Positions 19,910 through 32,057 of a stretch of 64,000 bases of DNA are shown piece by piece. Under the pieces are notes generated by a model. That model saw only the letters and a list, made by a program, of their open reading frames with translations. It was not told the DNA's origin and ran no database searches. The DNA is from the human T2T-CHM13v2.0 reference genome, Homo sapiens: the NCBI RefSeq assembly GCF_009914755.1, contig NC_060925.1; one strand, written 5' to 3'. The translations under genes were made by a program, and so were the position numbers. How positions within the stretch are numbered: position 1 is the stretch's first letter; each line of letters begins with the position of its first letter.

Positions 19910-20486
19910 TAGGTATACTAAACACTAATATATCATGTCTCATATTGCTTTTGGCTTATTTGTTATAATAAGCTATTTATAAACACATCATTTTTACTTG
20001 TATTGCTGAATCAATAGGAATTGTTCTGAAGGCAAGGTATAACTAATAAATATAGATTTATTTACTTAATTTAGCACATTTCCAAATTTAACAGACTAGT
20101 TATATCTTGTTCAGTCAGATGTGTCCTACAGAAACTATAGTCCACTTGTCAGCATCTATTTAGCTAGTCTATTTAGCTATTTATATGAAAGATGCTTGAT
20201 TAAGGACCCTTTTACACTCAGTTAAAAATGTGTCCTCTCTGACTTTTAAAGTTAGCGTCGTCAGCTCAACAGTTCTTTCCAATCAGCCTCTAACTGATGT
20301 CAGATGCCCTCCTGTTGTTGATAAGACTAGATTAATATAAGTTCAACTAAAGCTCCAAAGCTATATCCCTATTTTCTTACAGGAAGACAATACCAAATCT
20401 GATAATGTAAATAAAATGTTTCCACCTGAACAAAACACAGTGAAATTTCACAAGGTTAAACTAAATTAGAAAGGTGAAACAGTACC

Positions 20487-20536
20487 TCAGTTTAAAATGG
20501 CTTTAAGGAATTCATAGCTGTCAAGATGACGTGATG
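20487..20536 (-). CDS. ITGB3BP: ITGB3BP last coding exon (exon 20486-20536): (A)SRHLDSYEFLKAILN*
   Basis: ttcatatag acceptor; TGA at 20489-20487; one more base, then GT donor at 20485-20484; matches the CENP-R/NRIF3 C-terminus with its LxxIL motif. Confidence 0.95.
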
Positions 20537-21009
20537 CTATATGAAAGAAGAAAGGTTTTTTTTTTCAGAAAACAATTCAAAGCAACTTGCCACAGTATAT
20601 GATGCAGAATAAATGTTGAAGCAAAATGAAATTAAAACAACCTGAAGTCTTGTTTTATACTAATAGCAGCTCTAAGGCTATAAATTCTCATTTCAACATG
20701 CTATAGTTAGCCTGATTCTATTTCAGAATATACATTTTCAAATTTATTACGAAAACTTCCAAGACATTTATTACAATACATGCTTATTACCATTGTTAGT
20801 ACACTCTTTATGGTTACTAAAATGACTGTCATTTGTGCTAGATTCTATATCCCTGAGGGCAGGACTATGTCTGCCTTGTTTGTCAGTGTGTTCCCAATGC
20901 TAGAATAATGCCTGGAGCATGGTAGGCACTCAATAAACATTAATGAGGTAAGAAAATAGCAATTTATAAGTATTTGAAAATACTTAGATAATTCTTTAAA
21001 AAAAGTTCT

Positions 21010-21330
21010 TTTCATTCATCACACATTGGCTGTACTGCATGTGGAACTTCTTTCCAGGCTCTATCCAGGCACTGTGCTAGGCTCTGGAACTATCATACAT
21101 AGATAAGACTTTTTGTTTGTCTGCCAAAGAGGAGCCCAGAAAGAGTCCTGTAACCAGGCAATTACAATGCACTACAACATGATACATTTAAAATATTCAG
21201 ACAAGTGTTGTGGGAGCCTCAAAGATGAAGCAATTTAGCTTTACCTAGGAGAGCTGGGGAGAGCTTCACAGAGGTTGTGACATCTGAGGCTGACCTTAAA
21301 GGATGAGCAGGAGTTTGTAAGACAGAGAAA
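21010..21330 (-). mobile_element. L2 fragment hosting the alternative ITGB3BP exon
   Basis: L2-like motifs ccaggcactgtgctagg and gtgacatctgaggctgaccttaaaggatgagcaggag. Confidence 0.6.
21245..21294 (-). CDS. ITGB3BP: ITGB3BP alternative 50-nt cassette exon encoding (G)QPQMSQPL*, the beta3-endonexin-long C-terminus
   Basis: tcctttaag|GT CAG CCT CAG ATG TCA CAA CCT CTG TGA ... CCTAG|gtaaa; phase 1 matches the upstream exon; the peptide matches the recalled EnL C-terminus. Confidence 0.85.
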
Positions 21331-21339
21331 AAAGCAATC

Positions 21340-22022
21340 ATTAAAAAGTCAGGAAACAACAGGTGCTGGAGAGGATGTGGAGAAATAGGAACACTTTTAC
21401 ACTGTTGGTGGGACTGTAAACTAGTTCAACCATTGTGGAAGTCAGTGTGGCGATTCCTCAGGGATCTAGAACTAGAAATACCATTTGACCCAGCCATCCC
21501 ATTACTGGGTATATACCCAAAGGACTATAAATCATGCTGCTATAAAGACACATGCACACGTATGTTTATTGCGGCACTATTCACAATAGCAAAGACTTGG
21601 AACCAACCCAAAAGTCCAACAATGATAGACTGGATTAAGAAAATGTGGCACATATACACCATGGAATACTATGAAGCCATAAAAAATGGTGAGTTCATGT
21701 CCTTTGTAGGGACATGGACGAAATTGGAAATCATCATTCTCAGTAAACTATTGCAAGGACAAAAAACCAAACACCGCATGTTCTCACTCATAGGTGGGAA
21801 TTGAACAATGAGAACACATGGACATAGGAAGGGGAACATCACACTCTGGGGACTGTTGTGGGGTGGGGGGAGGGGGGAGGGATAGCATTAGGAGATATAC
21901 CTAATGCTAAATGACGAGTTAATGGGTGCAGCACACCAGCATGGCACATGTATACATATGTAACTAACCTGCACATTGTGCACATGTACCCTAAAACTTA
22001 AAGTATAATAAAAAATAAAAAA
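21340..22022 (+). mobile_element. 5'-truncated young L1PA (L1PA3-like): end of ORF2, 3' UTR and poly(A)
   Basis: ORF 21433..21804 is the L1 ORF2 C-terminus; G-rich 3' UTR; TSD AAAAAAGCAATC at 21328-21339 and 22023-22034. Confidence 0.93.
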
Positions 22023-25000
22023 AAAAAAGCAATCTAGGCAGAGGGAAAGGTAGCAAAGTGTTCTGGGGTCCTGAAAGAGAGGTTCCAGAGGGCTGAAGCA
22101 CTTGGTGTGAATAGTATGAATAAAAATGACTACCCTCCTCTTATCTGAGGTCTGAACTGGAGGAAAAATCACCTAATATTTAATAATTACCAAGTCCTGC
22201 TTTTAACTATATAACTAGTTATATAATACTATAAACATTTGCTTTATTGTGTTTAAAATATGTAAACCACTTAGATAATTTATCTAACTCTTTTTTTGTG
22301 GGGCTTTTTTGACTACTCTGAGAGTAAAAAATGGGAAAAAAAAGTTCACCTGTCAGGTGACACAAAACCAATTTCTACTAAATGTGCCAGAATAATTTTT
22401 CTCCACCTCAAGAATAGTCTTCAGTCTATTCATTACTGTCTTTTTACAGTATTTTTATTTAATAAAACCTATTAAGACTACCATACAAATCTCTTTACTT
22501 ATGCTTTTATCTTTTAACTGATCAATTTTTATATTGCTGACATCCCTTCTTCACCGTTTGCTCATTTAAAAATTCATAGTATGTGAGATATGTCTCTGGG
22601 GAAAATGTCTATAAAATTTGTTACAGCTGGCAAATGTGTATGAGTCAGTGATAGCACATGACTAAATGCTTCACAGAAAATAAAATTTGTTTCTGTAGTA
22701 AGCAGAACTGTTTAAATGTTATTTATTTTTATGTTTCAAAGAAAATATATTGTGAAGTGCTGCACTGATTTAATACGCAACAATGTCTGTGTACACGCTG
22801 TAGAAGGAAAATTTATGAAACCTTTGCACAACTCCTTTAATTGAATTTTCCAAATCTCTCACCACACACAAATAATCAATATCTTCTGCAGAGAAAACCA
22901 GTCAGAATTATTACAGTCTTTCTTTTCAATTTTGTTGTCATCAGCACATACTGAGCACCTGGATATTTGTAATGTCTGATAGCAAGTTATTTACACCTCT
23001 TAAACACCTAATTGCTATTAAGTGAGTCCAAATCTATAGTTTAAAATTTTTTCTACTGATTTTATTTGAAAGAAAAATTATCATACTTCTGTTAAAGTAT
23101 AAAAAATTTAAATCATGAAAGAAATTATTTAAAAGGCTTTGAAAAGTAATAAATCAGTTTATTTTTACTTAAATCCTAGACAAATCTCAAGTAAGCATTT
23201 TTAGCAGCTGAAATGCATACCCCAAAACAATGACGAATCGTGTAAAACAAGAGCATTAACATTATTAATAGGAAAGGTTATGATTCACATATGGCATACA
23301 TGATAGCTGAATCATTATAAAGAGCTGAGGACTATAGTTGTACATTAATGTATATTTGTGCTATCAAAATTAATGGCTTCATTTTTTATCTCCAGATAAA
23401 CCCAGAATGTTAAAGCATAGGGGGAATTTCTGTTGTTTCTCCTAAAAGTCGTCACGTCTAAACTTCAAACCTCAGTGCTTTTAAAATTGAAGTATCTGTT
23501 TGAAAAAAATATATTGTTTAATGTTAAGATAAAATAGAAAACTAAAAGGGTAGTAGTCTTCTGGGAGTGAAATTATTCAGCTGATATGATGAATACTTTT
23601 TCAAGCCTGAGTTGGGGAAAGAACAACATATTTTTATGTTTAAAAAATACTTCAGTGGGTGGTTAGAATGAAGAGGCAATATCAAACTATTTTATAGTGT
23701 TAGAACAGAAAGAGTTTTAAATTTGTCCTGTTGTCTAAGAATCTGATAACTTTAAAATCTATAACCAAGACGAATTTTACTATGTAAGAATACAGAAAGT
23801 TAACTAAAGAATACAGGAACATTGTAGTTTATGCTTTTTAAAACAGACCAAAGTTGGAAATTCTGAAATATTTTCTATTACAAACAGCTGAAACACTGAA
23901 CAATGTAAAGTTCAGATGGTTCCATTTCATTTAAAATATGCATACTGCAACCTACACAATTATTCTCAAAACAGATAAAATATGTTTTGGACTGAAGCTA
24001 AGTGTCTAGATTTCATATCTTGGCAACTGCTCTACAATTTGCTTACATTCTTTTCAAAAACATTTTGTTTATTGGAAGTACTAGTCATAGACTAACGATG
24101 GTATTTTTAATTATCTTCAGAAAAAACTGAAAATATTAACTACTATATAATGCCATCTATTGACTAAGGAATATCTGTAACAAGTTGTTTTAAGTAGAGG
24201 TTGATTATGTAAAGTAAATAAATTTCATGCCTCACCATGTGATGATAATGTGACATTTCATCTGTATCAGCCCACTGAATGGTCATATGTCTTAAGTCTT
24301 CAGCATAACAAATTTAAAATAATTATGAAAATTCACATCCAAATCTTACAGAAAAAGAACCTTTCATTTCATTATTTTCCTAATAGTCATAAAGCCAGTG
24401 TTATTGAAGAAAGCAAAATTAGGCTTATTTCCTAAGTAACTGAAGAAAGAAAGAAGCCTTCCTTTGTTTAAGAAATCTGTGTTTAGCAGAGGAGATCCTC
24501 TTTTATTCATATACTCTCATCAAGGCATCCCCTGATTTACCAGGTCCAGTTCTTATGACACTATGAAAATCTCAGTGTGCCTTTTAATTTTATTGTGTAT
24601 GTTTTAAATTTCTCTTGAATAAGTTATATAAAGCCTTAAGAATGTGTGTCAGATGTCTATTTATTTAAAACACTAGAGTGTTATTTTTATAATTCTACTC
24701 TTCCTGTAATAAAGACTGTAACTGACATTAACTGAAATTCCCACTGAAATGAAAAAATAAATATTACTAGAACTAAAAGACCAATTAGAAGAGGCAATGA
24801 TAGCATAAATATTGAAATTCTCATGGTATTGTCTATTTTAACTATTCCAGGAAAATTTTTTAAGAATCTGAAAGACCAAAAAACAAACAAACAAAAAAAC
24901 CCACCAAAAACCCAGAAGAATCTGAAGGACATTCTTTTGATAGTGAAACAAGTAATTGGCTTATTCTAATTTTCATAATTACCTTAACAAATCCTATACA

Positions 25001-27602
25001 TATTATAGGGATGATTTTTATTTTACTTATTTTCTAATATTATGACAAACTCCCAAAACATTTTAAAATTTAAACAATTCTGTGTAATAGCATAATAAAA
25101 ATAAATAAATAAAAGAAAGTGGAAATTTCAAGGCCAGATTGCAAAATGAGGGACATATAAAGCAAACTAGTTTGAGATGTCAAAAGAATTAGCAAAATCC
25201 TCTTAAAATGAATGTATGAGCAGAAAAGGGTAAAAGTTGTTAGCTTAGTACAAAAAATTTGCATGTGTGTGCACATTTGTGTGTACATAATCATTAACCA
25301 AAAAACAAAACAAACAAAAAACCCCCAAAACTAATATGTATGTTAGGAACCAGAGAAAGAGGTAGGAAAAGCACTCAGGAAAACTATATAGCTCAAAATC
25401 AAATTACAACAAAAATAAGCTTTAATCTATTTTTTAGGCAATATGAATTTCCCAAAATTAGTTAAAAAGCTAATGAAGTTTTTAATACCTCAGGAAATAT
25501 AAAGAGCTAATGTAGCTCCTGCCAAGAAACAGAATTGGACAATGACTACGTAGAATAGAATATAACACACAGTAGTATATAACATACTTATATAGATACT
25601 ATGTATTATATATTTTTTAAACTGAGTTTTCATTTAAATCAATGATTATTAGAAATTTACAAACATGGTTTAGTGATAACAGTCTCCTCTATGCAGGAAC
25701 TCGGTCCTTTGGGAAAATCTGGTAATGGGCAAGTCAGCCTTAATGCCTAAAATAATAGAAAACAGTTTTAAGGCTGATCATGCATAAACACACAATGAAG
25801 TTATGTATTTTAGATGTCCATAAGGAAATGAAAAAAGTTTCCCCTGGAAGGAAAAATATTTTAATGAAATATAAATTAAAAAAATTTTTCTTTATATTAT
25901 TAGCATTGACAGTTCACTTATTTATTCCAGAGTTTTCCTCTTCCTTATTTCTCAAAGCTGTTTGCAAAGGCCAACTATATTAAGCCTAATTCTAGTTAGT
26001 TCTAGGAAGTTACAGATTTTTAAGGAAATCACACTATTGGTGTAGAATATATAGAAGCAAGATTTCTTCCAGTTGGGAAATAATAAACATTTTGCTTTCC
26101 TATTGTGATCCTCTAAAACTTGTCAACTTAGGAGAGATTGAAACCACTGAAACCCAGTTACACATTCTAATCAAATTACACAACTAAAGTAACAGACAAG
26201 AGGCCAGGCGTGTTGGCTTATGCCTGTAATCCCACTTCACTAATCATCACTTCAGTCTGGGTGACAGGGTACAATCCTGCCTCTAAATTTTTCTTTTTTC
26301 TTTTTCTTTTCTTTCTTTCTTTTTTTTTTTAAAAAAGATCCCAAGCCACATCCAAGAAAAAGCCACCTTTCATGTTCTTAAATTCTTGGCATCACAGTAG
26401 ATGTTAGTTGTTCAACTGAAAAGCTCAGGAAGCCTATTCAGCTCCCTTCCCACATGAGCTTTGGAGGAGTCTTGCCATGGCTGCAGCCCTGCCATGACCC
26501 AGCTGGCCTTTAGATCTGACTGGCTGGCAATCCCAGCACTTTCCATTGCCAACCGATCACTGGCTTATTAAAGGTTCTAAACCCAGGCTAACATACCAGA
26601 TTGGGTGAAGCAGTTTCAATTATGTGCCATGTTTGAATCTAAAAGCTAAGATGATTGGATGATTTCATTTGTTTTAGGAAGAGATAACACAGAATAATGA
26701 AAAGACCAGAGTTTTTGAGGCCAGACTGGTCTTTGGTTGGAATCCTTGCTCTGTTACCTAAGTAGAAGTCTTGGGCAAGTTACTTAATATTTTTTGTGTC
26801 TTCGTTCCTTGTCTATAATGACAATGATAATACAGTGTAGCTATCTTTCCACATTGCTGTAAAGATTTGCTGATCCTAGTATTCAGAATATTTGTAATTA
26901 TAGTTACTCAATAAATGGCAGTCATCGGTATTTAAAAGTGGTAGGCTGAAAACACGGCCACCCATTTTAAGGCCTAATTCCACTTGCAGAAATTGCTAAA
27001 TGGCATACATGTAGGTACTATTAATCACTCCTGTATTAGTCTAAAGGTTTTGGTATTTTACAGTTCATGATTACTTTGCTTATTGAGGTGTGAAGGTGTG
27101 AATGTGTACTTCCTATGGAAACCTAAAAACTGTTTATTTAGTTTTCCATACTGTGAAATGCTCAGACATAAGAGTTCATAGTAGAACAAAGCATATTAAT
27201 GATCTGAAAGTTTCCAGAATACTAGTTAGAAAGTAACTTTCAATGCTTCTAGTGCAACACTAAAAACTGCAGTATATTAATGCATTGTTGCTCCTATTTG
27301 TATTCTCAAAAAGAAATTTTAATAAAAAGACAAAATTCAAATCTTATGTTGAAGATTGCATTTCAAAAGACATTTAAAAAGTTCAATCATCAGAGAAGTT
27401 GATCTCATCAGATATCATCTTCTGCTAAATGCAATATAAAGCTTTTCAAATGAGATTTGTGATCTTCTAAAAGAACATACTTCAGAACAGGGATCTCTGA
27501 GGAAAAAAGAAAACCACTAAAAAGGATTCATGATGATTAGTTTTAATTGGCAAAATGGGATGAAAGCATCTTTATGTAATAAACTAAAACACAACTACTT
27601 AC

Positions 27603-27659
27603 CTTTGTGAGGAAGTCCTGTACTCTTTTCAAACAGTTTTTGTTTATTCACTTTTGTCA
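27603..27659 (-). CDS. ITGB3BP: ITGB3BP coding exon (57 nt): (M)TKVNKQKLFEKSTGLPHK
   Basis: ttcttttag acceptor, GTAAGT donor, phase 1-1, in frame with its neighbours. Confidence 0.95.
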
Positions 27660-28064
27660 CTAAAAGAAGTAAAAATCCCATGTCAAGAATTAACATAGAA
27701 TATGGATAATTTCTCAATACTTGCAACAAACAACTTCATGAGAAAAAAATAATTCAAAATAATACATATTTATAAGTACCAAATATAAAATATAATACCT
27801 TATTATATATTATAAAAATGGGCATTACATTTGAAATGCCTACTACCAGTTTCCAAGGTGCATTCTTTTCATTCACATTCAAGAAGAATCCCCAAAATAA
27901 CACATCCTGATAAAAGACATGTGGCTTCTTATTTAAAGAAGGTAATAGTATTTTTATCACATGTCCAGTAATGGTATATATAAAGAAGTCTATCAAATGT
28001 AAATGAGACAAATTAATAGGTTTATCTTTAAAATTACTGTCATTGAAAACTCAAAAATTCTTAC

Positions 28065-28158
28065 TTAGTTCTTTGGTTTTCTGCATTTCTCTTTTTAAGA
28101 AATGTGATGCACAGGAGATTCCAATGAGATTTTCAAGCTCTCTACTGCCCTCCAAAGC
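28065..28158 (-). CDS. ITGB3BP: ITGB3BP coding exon (94 nt): ALEGSRELENLIGISCASHFLKREMQKTKEL
   Basis: cttgtag acceptor, GTAAGA donor, phase 0-1. Confidence 0.95.
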
Positions 28159-28574
28159 CTACAAGAAAGTCATCTTGAATGAGTTAAGTTCTCTACACAC
28201 ATGAGATTACTGACATGTCTAGTGAAAATACAGTATATTGTTTCCTTCATTTGAAAAACTTAAACTTTATGTTAGGATATTTAACTGTTTCTGGCAGGCC
28301 AACTATTTCAAGCCCAAAAATGCCTGAAAAAAAACAATTTATAATTAACTAAAAAGACTAAATGTAATCTATAAATTTATGTTTAAATGTGAAAAGCAAG
28401 ATATTACTAAAATATTATGGTTAAATAGTGTTCTCCTATTAAAAAAAAAATTCCCATGAAAAGTAAATTAAACATACTCTATGCAAACTCTTTCCTGGAT
28501 TGGATTCTCCAATCTGGGACACTTCTTTGATTTTATCCTTTTCAAACAGGGTAGAAGTATGAAAAAATGCAAAC

Positions 28575-28653
28575 CTGTATACTACTTAAATTTTGCATTA
28601 TCTCCATGATTTCTTCTGACAATTTCTCAACTTTTGATAGCAACATCATGAAT
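28575..28653 (-). CDS. ITGB3BP: ITGB3BP coding exon (79 nt): (E)FMMLLSKVEKLSEEIMEIMQNLSSIQ, coiled coil
   Basis: ttactag acceptor, CAG|gtttg donor, phase 2-0. Confidence 0.95.
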
Positions 28654-30039
28654 CTAGTAATAAAGAAAAAGACAATACTTAGCAAGGGGAAGCATTTAAA
28701 CATGGCAAATCATTTTCAGAGCTTTAACTCTTTTTAAAGGACCTTAGACTTAGGTTCTTTCATTCTTTACAAACACAATATATATTATCAACTGTCCCCT
28801 CTTTTGGAGTTTTACTTTCCGATTCCCACTGAGCAGTGGGATGGAAGACATAGTTGGCTGTTCCTTTCTCCACAATGCCACATTGAGAACACTAATACAC
28901 CACCATTCCTTCATTTACCTTGATCTGAGTCTATGAATCAGTATCACCTAGTAACTTCTTTTTAAAATAAAAAAAGTTTTATGACTTTATTTTAAATATG
29001 AAAATAAAGAAAAGGAAAAGAGGAAAACATCACTTGGAATTCAATCTTCTGAACATATCTCCAGTTAGCTTTTTGGAAAAATGCTTCTAGTTTAAAAAAA
29101 AAAATTGTGTAACTTTGTTATCATACTTTTTTTTTCCTTTTTATAAAGAAATGGGGTTTACCTCTGTTACCCAGGCTGAAGTGCAGTGGTGTGATCATGG
29201 CTCACTGCAGCCTCAACCTCCTGGGTTCAATCGATCCTCTTACCTTGGCCTCCCAAAGCACTGTGATTACAGGTGTGAGCCATGGTGTCTGGCTGTGCTT
29301 TCTTTACTTAATACAATATTATATACATTTTGGGGGGCCACATATTGAAGGCTGCACAATATTCTATTTAGTAAACATACTAAAAATGATTTAAACATTC
29401 CCTTATTGTTAAAATTTTAGTTGCTTTTCCAATTTTAAGACCCCACAGCTGTTTGTGATAATCTATATCAACACAGTCTGATAGAAAAATAATGTAAACC
29501 ATATATGTAATTTAAAATTTTTAGTAGCCACACTAAAGGGAATAAAAAGGTAAATTTTCTTTAATAATTTTCATGTTTAAGTATTTAAATCAATATATTC
29601 AAAATATTTCAACATATAATGAATATAAAAATTATTGAGATATTTTATACTTTTTTCAAATCCAGGTATACTTTACATATTAACAGCACATCTCATTTCA
29701 TACTAGCCACATTTCAAGTGCTCATTAGCCATGTATGGCTAGTGCGTACTGTTTCAAACAGCATAAATCCATATAGATTTTATGAGAGAAACCAGAAATT
29801 CTATTTAAATGCTTTTTCAAGATTACATCAGTGTTAGTCATTGACATTTTTGTTATTAAAAATAAGACAAATATGTTAAAATTTTGATATACAACGTATA
29901 TGTACAGTAAGTTTCAACTAAGTAAAATTTTATCTAAGTATGCGAACAAGAAACAAGAGACTTTTGATAGCATTATGAAAAAGCTAAAAATTATGAGGAC
30001 AGTGGAATTTTGGGTGTTTTTTTTCTTTAAAAGTTTTCC

Positions 30040-32057
30040 TTTATTACGTATTTTCAATCAGAAGTCATCTGTCTGAGGCCCTGATTGCTTAACAGGAGAA
30101 CCTCAGTTTGAGAGATGGTATCATAAAGGAATTCCTGCTTCTTCAAATTGGATCCAAAGACCTGAAGAAACAAGGACTTAAGGGACTCCCACCAAGGCTG
30201 GATCCTCTAGCTTCTCATATATGATGCCAAAGCCTACTGAGTGCCCTAGGAGTACAAAGTGGAGGCAAATAAGTTACTTTGCTACGAGAAATAATCTGAG
30301 GGGCTTGTTGCCTTATACCTTGCATCCCTTTCCTGGGAGAACTGGAATAGTAGAGCCTTTTCAAACTGTCTTACCCTATCTTAATGAGCTGATGGTACTC
30401 CCTGTTAACCCATAGGGAATTGTGTGGGAAGGATTAGGTCCCGCAGGACTGCCATCTTGAATGTCTCCAAGGGGCTCTGTTCACATAGAGTTAGATGTAA
30501 ATGGTGCCCCCCAAAGTTGTATAATGTAGCATCCCCAAAGGACCTACTAGCAGCTCTCCTAAATTAAGATAGTAATTGAGGGGCTAAGCTAAAACAAACT
30601 GTTTTAACAATCTTGGAGACTTGTATGGATTAAATATCAATTATCTGGGGAAGTTGTTTTCAAAACATCTTTGATATGCTGAAGGTGCTTTCTCAAGGAC
30701 ACTTGTATCCATTGCAGGATCAAGTAGTAGGACTAGTAGACATGCCATTGCTCTTCTTATTACTATTTTGATTCCCTTTCCTCTCCTCCTCCTTTTCTTC
30801 TCCCTAGACGAAATCACCTTTTTCCTACCTTGAAGGCAACCAAATTCCCATGAATGGTTTTTTAAGTGTTATACAACTGTTAAATCCTGAAAAATTCTTT
30901 TTTTTCAAGGCATTCTTTTCCACACTTTCTGAATCACTGAAGAAGCCTTCATAATCTTTGGAGATAAACTATTTGCTGAGCAGATTTTGGGAGAAATAAT
31001 TCTACCACTTTCTTCATCCTAGACAAAATGGAATTCTCATAAACATCCTACTTGTGCTGAAAAGTAGATATGCATTGCTACTGAGAGCCCTTTTCTGTAT
31101 TTTCAATGCATGGTTCAAATTTCACTTTGTTGCCCTAACATAGCATTATGGTTTGCATACAGTCCCTTGGTTTTTAATATCATCTTGATGTTCCTTTACT
31201 AATTTGTTTATTCCTGAAAACCAACGATCTTTCATTTCTTTCAAGCTGCCTGAAGAATATATTTCTCAAGTTCATTATGGTACAAAATTTCAAAGTTATT
31301 GTGGCTCTTTCAAGTTGGTGAGTAAAAGTATCATCATTGGGTGCCATTCATATTTTGCAGAATAGTATTTCTTTCTCAAATAGATTTGCCTCTCGCTAGA
31401 CTAAATTGGACCAAATCCTTTATCTTATAATGACCCTTTGAGCCATCCAGATGTCAATGGGCCACTACATCCAGGTATCCAGTGACTGTTGCCAGTTTTA
31501 CGGCATCCTTACAAGATTTAATCAAATCTGCATTGTGGTCAAAGACTACTGTAGCACAACCTAAGAAATCTGAAGTCTTGGTCCTCCTTGAATTAACCTT
31601 CTTTTTCATCGTAGAGTAAAAACCCAGCAGCATTTTTTTAAAGCATCTCGTAGTTTTTCTCTTGAGGGAGCTACATGTCAAAATTCAGGATTTTCAGTGC
31701 AGTTTTCCAATTTGCTTAGAAGAGTTGCATTGTGAAATTCAGAGTTCTCTCACATTCCTCAAAGAAAAAGTCTTTATTCTGAAAAACAACTGAAATTAGG
31801 TGCATCAGCCAAATAAAATCCATGAGAAGCATTGGATGTATCCATTAATTCTGCTTTTCCTTCCTTCTACATTAACTTCTTCAGTCTCAAGTCAGGTGTA
31901 ACTTGACTTTCAAAACTATCATTCTGTACCAGTTCTGGGTTCTTCCTATCTTGGCCACTTTCAATTCTTTCAATTATTTTCCATTCTTAGCTTCAAATGT
32001 AGTTTCATCATTTACTTTTTCTCTATTAAGTTCCTCAGATGTATTCTGAGGAGAGAA
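30040..32057 (-). pseudogene. Decayed ~2-kb terminal coding exon of the candidate LRR pseudogene
   Basis: Strong acceptor ttctctttgttcttttag at 32058. It opens FSPQNTSEELNREKVNDETTFEAKNG and continues as E/K/S-rich frames broken by stops and frameshifts. It ends GSPVKQSGPQTDDF* (TGA 30060-30058) with AATAAA at 30045-30040. No recognisable repeat over 2 kb. Confidence 0.6.

Noticed and set aside
21433-21804. 123-aa ORF
   Set aside because: C-terminal fragment of L1 ORF2 in a 5'-truncated element.
23380-23500. Plus-strand acceptor-like ttttttatctccag followed by an exon-sized segment
   Set aside because: The frame I read stops early, the donor is weak, and there are no partner exons.
31454-31681. 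75-aa minus-strand ORF as a functional small gene
   Set aside because: A chance open segment inside the frameshifted fossil exon; no independent start context.
30040-32057. Processed pseudogene interpretation of the 2-kb coding-like block
   Set aside because: It begins exactly at a canonical acceptor, is phase-compatible with an upstream relic donor, and shows no clear TSD; a decayed genomic exon fits better, though a retrocopy is not excluded.
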